64,000 nt of DNA from Rhynchobatus australiae (Eukaryota): assembly GCA_034780895.1 (NCBI GenBank), contig JAUZTB010000098.1:76786993-76850992 (forward strand). The letters are read 5' to 3'. Below the pieces are notes generated by a model that worked only from the letters and a program-made list of their open reading frames with translations, did not search any database and was not told the DNA's origin. Positions 50,601-62,337 of the stretch are shown here, in pieces; position 1 is the stretch's first letter, and each line of letters opens with the position of its first letter. A program made the position numbers and the translations under genes.

Positions 50601-53600
50601 ATGATTTAAATGGTCAGCGTTTTTGAGATGTACATTTGCTTAACAGTTAGAAAGTAGAAAAGGAGCAGTGTATGTTTTCTTTGCAAATTGGAGGGAAGTT
50701 GCCCCCAAGGGTTGGTGTTGGGATCATTTAATTTGTGTTTTACCATGACAGATCTGGATTTCTATACAATTTCAAATTTTTCAGATATCACAAAACTTGG
50801 AAATGTAATTAACAGTGAGGAGGACAGGACAGAGGAACTGGCAAAATGGCAGTCTTGCATCAGTTGACATCACAGGAATAGTGGGCCATTCAGACCCTTG
50901 ATGGTTCTGTAATTCAATCCAATCACAATTTATCAATATGATCATGTATCACAGTCCGTGAAATCAACCAATTACGGTGACAATATGTTATTACTCACCA
51001 ACTGGAGTATCAAGCTCAACTCCAACCCAGACACCAGTGGAGAAATCCACTGCACCAACATATCGAATGGTTCCATTCTTGTTGCTTCCAACAGATGTAC
51101 GTCCTCCCAGTATGATCCAGCTTGGTAGAGGCTCACACTGCTCTGCAGCATTACTATCTTCAATATCTGATAAATCTGAAAGGTTCCTCATACCAGAGTT
51201 ATCTGGGCTGGTAGAGTGATCAGAGGCTTCTTCATGGTCGGCTTCTCCACAAAACAGTGGGTTCTCTACAGTGTTTGCTAACCTATAATCAAGAATGGTT
51301 GTCTGTGATTGGTTATGGGCATTGCTGCATGAATCTTCAGGAAGCTCAGAAGTATCATTTGCACATTTTACTGCAGGATTTTGCCACTTTTCATCTAATT
51401 CTAGACTATCAACAGAAAGTCTATTCGAGTCATCAGAGGAACCTGTACTGTAAATCATGGGCTCATCTGGTAGCTCAAGGTCCTTCCTTGCCTCCTCCGC
51501 ACCCTGAAAATCTGTAAAATCCTGGCTGTTGAAAATTTCTACATTCACTATTGAATTGAAATCATCACCTCGTCCGTCTTCTAATATGCTTTCATGTGGA
51601 TTTAATGTATATGTGCAGGACGATGAATCTGGTGCATACATATCTGGGAGGGTTCTATAAACAAGTATAGATTTAGACTCAATAAACTGCTGCAATACTG
51701 AGGTTTCTTTCAATAAGGCACTATTTTTTGGGAGGGATGTGTTCTTTTNNNNNNNNNNNNNNNNNNNNNNNNNNNCCTGATTTCCATTTTCCTTCTCAGA
51801 AAATAATTTTAAATCATATTTACTCATCTGTGAAATAGTATTCTGTAGCTCAGAGTCTCGTGACTGATTACTCATCTGTTCTGTGTTCTCCGTACCAGCG
51901 AATGCCACATCAGAGAGTGTTACATTAGAAGCACTATGGGAGAAGTAACCACTAGTCATACTGCTGGTAGTTGGACTACGAGAAACTTCATTTTCAAGGC
52001 AGCGAGAACTCAGGAATTCTGGCTTTGAAGAAAACAAATCCCTGTTTTCAAGGCTTGCATTATATACATCAAAGTCTGCAAAATCTTCAGGAATGTATGG
52101 CTGGAAACCATGACAGTGCTGAGAAAGACCTGTTTTCTTGCTGAGATTCTCCACTTCATAATCCTCCTCTTCAGAATCCTATAGCAAGAACATTTGCAAA
52201 ATGATCATATTTCTGCAGTTCATCACAAAGTCAGAAAGTTAGTGTCATATTTAGGTAAGGAAGCATAGGAGATCAGAGGGACACATGATTTCTGGCTGGA
52301 TTAAAAGCTATAACCAATTTATAATCTTGTTTATAATTCAGTAGATAATTCATTTACTTTCATTAATTTAAAGTTTGTTGAAGTATCCTGATTGCTGAAG
52401 TTCTGCTTTGGATGTCAAATGTGTAGACCCGAGTATTCAACTTGCAATTCACAAATTTAATTTTGAGTTGAAAAATGGATGCACAAGGTCAAAGTACAAA
52501 TTATGCAATTTAAAAAAACTAGATAATATTTGGTATTTAATATAGCTCAATCTTAGGACATAGTTTAGACTTTGAGAATGATCTTTTATTTATATTCTGT
52601 CTGTCCTTGAGTTCAGTATTGTGATCACAAAATGCCTTTGAGCTTCCTATATCATGAAACCTCACTCATAAGGAAGGATTTAATAGCACGCAGTGGAAGG
52701 TTGCCAATGACAAGATCTCAAGTGTTTTTCTGACATATGCTTCTCCACCTTAAAGGGTGAAAGGTAAATAATTCATCAAGTTTAATATCACATGATGGTT
52801 GGCACTATTTTCTCCAAAGTCAATTGAAGAATACCTGTAGCTGTGAATGGAAGATCTCAACAACTATTGTGGGAATTTAGTAATGACATTTTTCACCAAG
52901 GCAAGGATGAGATAGGGTGGAAGAAAAAGAGGAGCTTTGTCTGTAGATGATTTAACATGTCTTTAGGTCATCCAGAGCACTACAAAAAAAAGTGGACATC
53001 ATTGTTGAGGAAAATATAGAAGGCAAAGTCTTGGAAATGAGAAATAAGACAAGTTATTTGTTGAGCTTCTTCTAATGATGCATACTTTCAGAGAAATATT
53101 GATCAGGAACAAAAAGAACATTTTATTTCTGTTGTACTGGTATCTACCCAAGTTGATTGATGGAACATTACAGAAAGATAGCTGAAGGTCCCTCTCCACT
53201 TCCTCCAAGTTCTCTTATTTTAAAAAGTGAAGAAAAAAAGGGACAATAATAAGAGACAAATGATGGTTGTGCTCTTCCATGTAATGTATTCAAAATAAAA
53301 GTGCATTGTAAAATGAAGATCTAAAAAGTACTCCATGCAACGTTTTCAAAATTTTGTCAAAATCATCANNNNNNNNNNNGATGTTGAGGAAAAGGGTGGA
53401 AGTTGTGGCTTTTGGCCATTGCATGTCAACGCTTTAGCAGTCCAAATGTGAAAGATGAGCAGAAAAAAAAATTGCTCTGGAGACTTCCCTCTTAAATAAT
53501 TGAATAGATAATCTTAAAATAATAACCAAACTCTATTAAAAAGCATGGTATATAAATTTCAAATTTATCTCCATATTTTCTCAAACAGATCTTCTTCAAC

Positions 53601-56600
53601 AAGTGCCATGTCATAACCATTTTAAATCTTGATGAATTACTCCCAATACAATTTCAGAATCGTGTAGTGATGTGATTAGATTAAATTCATAGATGAGACT
53701 TTATTTAATGATGTAAGATGCAAATCATACACTGAATGTTGCTAGAATTACAGAGCTAAGCAAGCTGAGAAAAAGCCTAAAATAATTAACTTTCCTATTA
53801 TTAATAACTCTCCACATGTAAATATTTATTCTTTGCATAGTATAAAAATTGAAAACCTATCCACACAATGTCCCAAAAGAAGGGCAGCTAGATTAAAAAA
53901 AAATAATTTTCACATGAATTCTGGATGTCAATTAGGGATGATTAGAAAAATCCAAAAATTCAAACATGGCCACAGGTTTTTCTTTTGAAAAGAAAGTTAT
54001 CAATATTGGCAAGGCATTAGATTCATGAGAAGTGTCTGTGAGGAAGAGATAAAGTGTGTACATTTTGACATGACCTAAATATGCCTATGTGGACTAGAAA
54101 AAGGACTAGAAAGAAAACAGTCTCTCTCTGCAAAGTCCTCAGCCTTGATCAAACTGCCTTCAAGAGTTTATTTTAAGTTATACTAAAATCACGAGGAAAG
54201 GTTTCCTCGGTTAGTTACTTGGTGAAATTATAAAAAGATACATTGAGAATGTTTTGATAATTTCATCATCAAACTGATCAGTGAAAGTATTCCATTCATG
54301 TGATTAAGGCCTGTAGCGTCCACAGTGAGTTGGTAGACTGGATTCAAAATTGACTTAGCCACAGAAGACAGAGTGGTAGAGGGGTATTATTCTGATGGGA
54401 GGTCTGTAGCCAATGGTGTCCGTAAGGAATACTGCTGGGCCACGTTGTTTGTGATATTTACAAATGACTTGGGACGAAAATGTAGATGGGTTGATTAGCA
54501 AGTTTGCAGATGACATAAAAATTGGCATAGTTGTGGGTAGTGAGGAAGGTTGTCAAAGGATACAGCAGAATATGGATCAATTGGAAATATGGGCAGAAAA
54601 ATGGCAGATGGAGTTTAATCTGGACAAGTGTGAGATGTTGCACTTTTGGGAGGTCAAATGTAAGAAGAAAGTATACAGTAAATGACAGGACCCTTAGGAA
54701 CATTAATGTACAGAGGAATCTTGGGGCGTAAGTTTATAGCACCCAGAAATTGGCAACATAAATGTATAAGGTGGTAAACAAGGCATATGGCATACTTGCC
54801 TTCAATGGTTGGGGTGCTGAACATAAAAGTTAGCTTGTCATGTTGCAGCTGGATAATACTTTAGTCAGGCCACATTTTGAGTATTGTTGCAGTTCTGGTC
54901 GTCATATTACAGGAAATATATGGAAGCTTTGGAGAGGATGTAGAAGGATGTTGCCTGAATTGGAGAGCATTAGCTATAAAGAAGGGGCCAGACAAATTTG
55001 GATTGTTTTCTCTGGAGCTTTGGAGGCTGAAGGGCAACCTGATAGAAGCTTATAAAATTATGAGAGGCATAGATGGGGTAATAGTCAAGACCTTTTTCCT
55101 TTTCCCCAAGGAAGAAATATCAAATACCAGACAGTAGATATGTCAAACACCAGAGGGCACGCTTTTAAGGTTGGTGAGGGGGGTGGGGGTGGAGGTTAAA
55201 GGCAATTTTTTTTTGCGCAGAGAGTGGTAGGTGCCTGGAATGCATTACCAAGGGTAGTAATGGAAGCAGACAGTTTGGTGGAGTTTAAGAGGCCTTTAGA
55301 TAGACACATGAATATGAAAGGAATGGAGGAATATGGATGATACACAGGAGGAAGACATTTTAGTACAAATTAGCATCAAGATCGGCACAACATCGTGGGC
55401 TGAATGGCCTGTCCAGTGCTGTACTGTTTTATGTTCAGAGAATATAGTTTTAAGGTGAGCAGGGGAAAGATTAAAGGAGATTTACAAGGCAGTTCTTTTT
55501 TTTAAAAACACAGAGTGGTAGGTGGTTGGAACATGCTAGGGGAAATTGAGGAGGCAGATTTGATACAACTTTTAAGAGGCATTTAGACATGCACATGAAC
55601 AGGCAGGGAATTGAAAGATAGACCATATGCAGGCAGATTGGATTAATTTGGCAGCTTCATCAGCATAGACATTGTGGGCCAAAGGGCCTTTTCTTGTGCT
55701 GTACTGTGTTCTAAAACTATTTTGATTTGTGCACTGTAACTGTGAAACATGATTCCTGTTAGCAAACCAAAACTCCGATTCTGCGATCTGCAGTGCAAAA
55801 ACTGCATGCCCCAAATGCTCGTCCTTAACGTGTATGGTGGGTTATTAAAAGATTTAAACCTTTACCTTCCACCTAGGTCTTTATATCCTAACCAGGAAAT
55901 AGTTTGACTTTGTCTCAGCTGTAGCACTTTAAAATCAACGAATCATGCTGGGAGATTTTTAGTCATTTGATTATCTTTTTGTAATTAAAGTCAATTTTCA
56001 ATTTAGCATTTGTGGATTAACAAATAGTTTTAAAATCCAGGAAGAGTTCCATTATTCAAAAGACTATTCTGGGAAGAGAAAATGTACTGAGTTAGAGCAA
56101 AAGTATTAGCACAGTATACCTCCAGGAAAAAAAACACTAGTGGGGAGGCAACTAATCAATTTTCATTGGTACCAACAACTAGTTCCTATAAACAGATGAA
56201 ATAAATCATATTTATAAAATTCACCAAATATTCACTGCAAATTTCACAATCATCCAAGAGTAGGTTCTTGGGACATACATGCTAAAACTTCTTGTCTTTT
56301 AGACTTTATGTCTAAATGAGAATTCATAATATTCCAATGTGTTTGGGGTTTAATGTGATCATAACAGAGTAAAACTTATCAAAATAGTTATGCCATTACA
56401 ATTCAAACAAAGTGGTTGCCAATTTAAATAGCAAGATGGCCTGTACTGTCACTTATCGTTACTGATTACCTGTGCAGTAAATATGGTACGAACTATTGAT
56501 GAAGAATGAAGAACATAAATTAAAAACCCAGCATAATGTTGACCCAATTGGGCCAAACAAGAGACCACAAGTTAGAAGAGGGTGTGCACAAATTTTATTG

Positions 56601-59600
56601 CGCTTTGATTGGACTGCAGCTTGAATACTGTAACGAGTTCCTGTTGCTTTAATAAATTCACATGCTTGATGTAGTGCAGACAGAATACTCCTTAGCATCT
56701 GAAGACTAAGCTACAAGAAGTAATAGATAAATATCTTCCAATTCTGGAAAATTTAGATGTCATATTTAATATTTTTAGCAATATACTTGAGGGAAAGGAA
56801 AATGTAGGTCCAATTGGAACCATCAATTGATTTGTAGAGATAAAACAGAAGAAAAAGGTTCAAATCAATAACAGGCAAATTTAAGAGACATCAAGAAATG
56901 CACCTTCATACAGAATGATCACTTTCTGAAGTAGACTTATAATGTTGTTGGTGATAGATTTATAATTATTAGAAACCAAACTGGATTTTGAAGACATTAA
57001 GGACATCCACTTGTCTTCCTCATCCATAATTAGAGATGTTTACAAATTTGCACAAGACAAAACACAAATTTACTGAATGAATGATGAGGCAAACTAAGTC
57101 GGTCGATTATTAATTCGACTGAATCCAAGGAGGATGTAGAAATGATGATCTGTTCTTGAACACAAATTAAACTTAGTCTGAATAGAACAATTGCTTCTGA
57201 AAGTTTAAATTAATTAAAGTATTGGGGATGGAGAAAAATACATCCTTTTATAATTAGAACAGTTCAAAAGAATCTGAAACAAAAAAATGAACAAAGCTGT
57301 TTTACTTTCTCAGTCAAAAACACACAAAGGCATACATTTGTGAGCTGCTGAAGGGAGGAGTGTTCAGTGAAGCATTTAAAGTGAAGTTAAAATGTAATGC
57401 ATGGTTGTGAAACCATTGTTCATTAAAGTACTGCATATTTAGTTCTACTTTGTTCATGTTAAGAAAATGATTTTGTATTAAAACTTTTTAATGGCAATTT
57501 TCCATTAGTTTCTGAGTCTGACAAATGCAGACATAATATTTCATGTTCTATATTTATGTCACAGCATCTAAATTAAGTAACAAAGTTATTCAAACAAACG
57601 TATTTAGCTTTAAATCACATTCAGATGGAAAATGAGATTGGATTCTAGATCTAAATCACAGAAGAGTAAAGCATGATTTTCAAATAGTACAAGGCATGTT
57701 ATATGCTTGTGTCTCAGTTAGTCTATAATCCAAGAATGTTAATTACCTATTTTGCCAACATTTGGAAGAAAGCAAATAACAATCCTGAACTCATCTGTAG
57801 AGCAGAAAGAAAGGCATGGCTGCATTCATAAATGTTTCAACCATAATCCTTGTGAAAGGACCTTAATCCCACCACCAAGTATTATGACATTAAAAAAAAC
57901 AAAACTTACAAACGTCTCGTCATTTTCGTTATTGTTTTCTACTGACATGCTGTTGGCACTGCTTCCTGCGGGCACAACACTGCCACTGCTATGTAACAGC
58001 ATGTTTTTATCCTGAGGGGGAGACATGCTCTGCAATGGTCGAGACATACAATGGCACATCATCACACCATAAATGACAGTTCATTAATCAGACCACAAAC
58101 ATGCAGTTAGTTTATCAACAAACATCAATATTCTACACAAGCAATGGTGGATTGCACTTCATGTACAAAAATAACTTGTACATCTTCATTATGCATGAAT
58201 GACTCAGTAGATTTTATTTTAAACTGAAACCTGCTGTACATAAAACAGTGTTGCAATTTGTCATTAATCATGCAAAATTGGCATAGGTACTTTGTGCACA
58301 ACAGGGAAGCTCATTCTCCATGCTATTCAAAATGATGATTATTTTTACATGCACTTGGAGCTTTTCTTTTACGTAGAACTGGTGCACGCACAGCTTCAGG
58401 TTAAAGTGAGTTTTAAACCTTCCCTGCTTAGCTCTCATGCAGATTATTCAATTCAGTTATTTGCGCTCTACTCATATAAAAGGAATTTTACACTAAACCC
58501 AAATAGCGTATGCTATTGAGCAGCCACAACATGAATCTTTTATTCAACACACATAAAATGCCGGAGGAATTCTGCAGATGCTGGAATCTGGAGCAACACA
58601 CACAAAATGCCGGACGAACTTAGGTCAGACAGCATCTATGGAGGGAAATAGTCGATGTTTTGGGTCGAGACCCTGGAAAGGAAGAGGGCAGAAGCTGGAA
58701 TAAAAAGGTAGGGGGAGGGGGAAGAGCACGTTGGCAGGTGGTAGGTGAGTCCGGGGTGGGGAGGGGGAGAATTAAAGGGAGTGATTCCCCCCTCTCACCT
58801 GAACATCTATTCCCCNNNNNNNNNNNNNNNNNNNNNNNNNNNNNNNNNNNNNNNNNNNNNNNNNNNNNNNNNNNNNNNNNNNNNNNNNNNNNNNNNNNNN
58901 NNNNNNNNNNNNNNNCTCCCCCACCCACCTTACCCCCTTCACCTGGACTCGCCTATCACGGGCCAGCTTGTGCTCCTCCCCCTGCCTTTTTATTCTGGCT
59001 TCTGCCCACTTCCTTTCCAGTCCTGATGAAGGATCTCGACCCGAAATGTCCACTGTTTATATTGCTCCATAGATGCTGCCTGACCTGCTGAGTTCCTCCA
59101 GCATTGTGTGAATGTTGCTCCAGATTCCAGCAGCTGCAGAATCTCTTATGAATCTTTTATTGTTGCAGTAAACTCTTTTATGAGGCAATATAAATTAGAT
59201 TAAAGGTGATACTATATTTTTACAATTTTTCAGGTAGCATTAGAATTTGGGCTTTCCTGCAATATATATCATCTGTTTTCCCAAGTATCAGCATGATCTT
59301 TCTCACCTTTCTTACTTCATTGGTTATGTCTGTAGAGATGTCTAGATCAACCCTACTCTGTGGATATAGATTGTGGTACTATGGATACAAAGATGAAATT
59401 GAGATTCCATATCATCAGGTCTCTATCCAATGGACTGATTATCTAACTTAATCCCACGTCTGGGGTCTCAAGACTCCACTTCAGATGCTCCTAGGGTTTC
59501 TGATTTGCTTGCATTGGTTTGCTGTCTGCCTCCACAGCCTGCAGTCCCAGAGCCCAGCCTCCTTGGTTTCTGCAGCAAATGCTGTGAGCTAAATTAGTCA

Positions 59601-61457
59601 CATCCCTGGACTGAAGCAATAACTGCAGTGCATCTAGGGATGTGTACTCAAAATATAGAATGGTATTTAAGATAAAACACATCATAGACATGATTTAAAG
59701 TGCTTTGAAGTATAAATGCATTCATGTAGTTTAAACCTTCCCTCCCCCAGACAAAGAATATGCTGACTAATATTTGGAAAATACTGCAATTAATAAAACT
59801 AGATATTACTTTCTAAAATTTTGACTGTGTTGCAGGTAAGGCAGACATGATTTGCTTTTCTACAACTCAGCCAAATATTTTTTGCAAGTTTACCCCACAG
59901 TTTAGTTAGGGCTTTAATTATTTGCCTCTATCTACAGCAGTCATATACTGCTCTGAGCAAGATAACCAATGAGGGCACAGAACATTGCTACTTACAATGT
60001 GTCATGCAATTTGCACAAGTACCACAATTTTGCATAATGGTTATAGATACTGATATCAATAACTAACTTGTGTTTTGAACCAAAAATAATGGCAGTAATG
60101 GACGGAGTCATCATGCAAGAACTAATGGAACAAAGATTCTGGGACGTTCAATACCTGAAGCAGACAGGAGTGACAAACTGCCAGATTAAATTGAAGCCTA
60201 TCAGATATTGTAACCTTCCTATGATTTGAGATTGTTTTTGCTGCAACAACTTGCTTTGCCGAACTGTGACCACAGAAGGATAGAGGTAAATCATGAGAAC
60301 GTTTGACCTTTCTTTTGTTAGGAAAGAATAATGTGGGATATTCCATGACAGGTTCACCTTCTGCTTTGGATCCTGACGTCTTCCCACTATTTCCTCTCCC
60401 TTCCCTATTCTTGCTCTGATTAATATTTAAGAACTCTGATTTACTGAGGACAATAAATAAAGTTGGCTATGCAATGAATTAAGATTGATTGCCTATTTAT
60501 TACAACATCGGAGCTGGCCATTCGGCCCATCAGGTCCATGCCAGTCCTCAGCAGACCAATTGTATCAGTCCCATTGCTGCTCCCCCACCCCCCCCCCCCA
60601 ATTTCCCTGTATCCCTGCAACTTATTCTTTCTCACACATGCCTGTCAACTCCCCTTTGATTCATTTGCCATGTACTTACATGAGGGGCAATTTACAGTAG
60701 CCATTTATGCAACAGCAAGTCTTTACGATGTGCGAGCAGAGCACCCAGCAGAAGCCCACATGATTATGGGAAGAATATGCACAGTCACACAAATGGCACC
60801 CAAGATCAGGATCAAATCTGGGCCATGAGAGCCAGAAGGCTGCGGCACTAACTGCTGTGCAACTATGCTCCCCCAAGATCATTATTAAGTGAAATCTCTC
60901 CCATCTATCCCCTGAAATTCAGGTTGTTAAGCCTTAATTTTTATAGTTACCAGCAAATAAAATATTCGGAGAATATCACATGGCAGAGGATAAAAATCTC
61001 TCCTAAGTAAATGTGTCTTTACCAATTCCCTTGCTTAAGTATTCATGGAAATAAATTAAATTAGTTTTTGACCTAAAATAAATTGTTCATTGTAGCAAAG
61101 TTATAGAGAAATTGTTAGTACCAAAATAATTTTCATGGGTTCATCTATTCAAAGTTTAAACCCTAAGAAATTACCTTCTAACATACAATAAGCTCTTCAT
61201 TTAAGTGTGTAATATTCAAGTCTCACCACATTAAAAGGAAGCTAAACGTATAAAGACACTGCATAGTTGCCTTGGCTTTCATTATTTAGTTTAAATAGCA
61301 TGATTTACCTCGTGTGCAAGAAGAGGTTTAGTTTCTAAAGGTTGTTTGTCTTTTCGTTCTTCTCGTACAGGCAGAAGTGATTTCAGAAATTTTGGTGGCT
61401 GAGCAGAAAATGCTTTTAGTGGACTACCCAGTGAATGGTGACTCTCCGTTGCAATAC
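47382..61457 (-). CDS. KIF13A: Kinesin-3 motor KIF13A, 3'-terminal exons (gene begins beyond the right edge)
   Basis: Exons encode KAFSAQPPKFLKSLLPVREE..PLL, SMSPPQ.., DSEEE..QPYIPEDFADFDVYNASLENR..EVSRSPTTSSMTSGYFSHSASNVTLSD, matching the KIF13A tail rather than KIF13B. The gene lies next to NUP153, as in human. Confidence 0.9.
47895..50490. mobile_element. Cluster of decayed CR1-type LINE fragments in alternating orientation (minus 47.9-48.8 kb, plus 48.8-50.0 kb, minus 50.0-50.5 kb)
   Basis: Reverse tail ATAAGAACATAAGAA, reverse VPEGSV motif near 48750, forward ATTTGCTGATGG (FAD) near 49801; the same tether segment appears on both strands (about 48820 and 50380). Confidence 0.7.
50999..52178 (-). 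CDS. KIF13A: KIF13A large penultimate exon (DSEEE...; ends with first half of CAP-Gly)
   Basis: Acceptor TGCTATAG, donor TTG|GTGAGT; frame stays open across a 27-N gap; ends GTIRYVGAVDFSTGVWVGVELDTPV. Confidence 0.92.
54310..55436 (+). mobile_element. 5'-truncated CR1/HER1-like LINE
   Basis: ORF-track peptides GLISKFADDIKIG..DQLEIWAEKWQMEFNLDKCEMLHF, LVRPHFEYC, GLFSLE..LKGNLIEAYKIMRG; 3' tail GTGCTGTACTGTTTTATGTTC. Confidence 0.9.
55440..55715 (+). mobile_element. Second CR1/HER1 3'-end fragment abutting the previous LINE
   Basis: Repeats the TTTAAGGTGAG..CAGAGTGGTAGGTG..TGGAA..TTTAGAC..GGGCC..GCTGTACTGTGTTCTA terminal segment. Confidence 0.75.
57910..58029 (-). CDS. KIF13A: KIF13A cassette-type exon (SMSPPQDKN...VVPAGSSANSMSVENN...)
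   Basis: Acceptor CCATTGCAG, donor TTT|GTAAGT; 120 nt, phase 0-0; resembles the alternatively spliced SMPPPQ...SMPVEHN exon of mammalian KIF13A. Confidence 0.8.
58546..59147. mobile_element. Non-autonomous element with about 110-bp inverted terminal repeats (Penelope-terminus derived)
   Basis: CTGCAGATGCTGGAATCTGGAGCAAC..CAGCATCTATGGAG..GGGTCGAGACCCT at 58573-58675 is the reverse complement of 59030-59140. Confidence 0.75.
60500..60872 (-). mobile_element. Decayed HE1-like SINE
   Basis: Reverse-strand tail (GGCCATTCGGCCCATC), V-domain remnant (GAGCACCCAGCAGAAGCCCAC) and head remnant. Confidence 0.6.
61309..61457 (-). CDS. KIF13A: KIF13A exon (GIATESHHSLGSPLKAFSAQPPKFLKSLLPVREE...PLLAHE)
   Basis: Acceptor CACTTACAG, donor GAG|GTAAAT; 149 nt, phase 1 to 0. 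Confidence 0.88.
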
Positions 61458-62337
61458 CTGTAAGTGAAATAAATGAAAGGAAATAACTTCTACAGAATAA
61501 TATAGGATAATAATTCTTGACTAGTATGACACAAATGCAATACTGATCAAATACCAAATGCAACAAACATTAATATCCAGTTCAGTAAAAAAAGATTTCC
61601 TTTAAAGTTTAAAGACCCCACTTGTGACATCAGAGTACGAATGAGAGATGAGCTTCCCTTTAAATACCACGAACATTACCTCTCACATGCAATGATTGCT
61701 GAGTTAAGATAGTGAGATCACCAAGGTGGGGGGTGGGGGGGGGCGGAGGTTGGGGAGAGGGGGTCAGAAACAAACAGGGGAGAGGGGGAAGAAAGTTATA
61801 GAAAGAGGGACAGGAGAGTGTAGTGTTTTAGGGNNNNNNNNNNNNNNNNNNNNNNNNNNNNNNNNNNNNNNNNNNNNNNNNNNNNNNNNNNNNNNNNNNN
61901 NNNNNNNNNNNNNNNNNNNNNNNNNNNNNNNNNGCGGGGGTCAGAAACAAACAGTGGAGAGGGGGAAGAAAGTTATAGAAAGAGGGAAAGTAGAGTGTAG
62001 TGTTTTATGGGGCTGGTTGAGGTTTGAAACTGTGGAGTAATTTGAAGACAGATGTTGAGACACAGCTTAAATGTAAACCATGAGGGCAGAAAGCATCAGA
62101 GTCATCAACCAATGGCACGGTGTGAATACAGCATGGGTATTCAACTTTTGGATGAGCTCAAAGTAATGGACAATTTGATGGAGCGAGGCCAGTAGGAGTG
62201 GTTTGGAATAAACAGGTCAAGGTTAAAATAAAAGACAAGAATGAGGATTGCGGCAGCAAATGAAGTGAGATTGGTCAGAGTTGGAGCAACATAATCAAGG
62301 TGAAAATGAGTGATGGCAATGTGCGATTTGAAGCTTT

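Noticed and set aside
47382-52178. Calling the kinesin KIF13B because of the CAP-Gly and RKSW end
   Set aside because: Tail motifs and NUP153 adjacency fit KIF13A better; a phylogeny is still needed
56459-56698. 79-aa ORF right after a good acceptor in a KIF13A intron
   Set aside because: The only clear donor (ACAG|GTAATC) is phase 1 and would frameshift the next exon, and there is no homology. It could be an alternative last exon, but nothing supports that.
59468-59570. Possible exon KPRRLGSGTAG...EVES*
   Set aside because: The acceptor is plausible but there is no convincing donor, and the frame hits a stop
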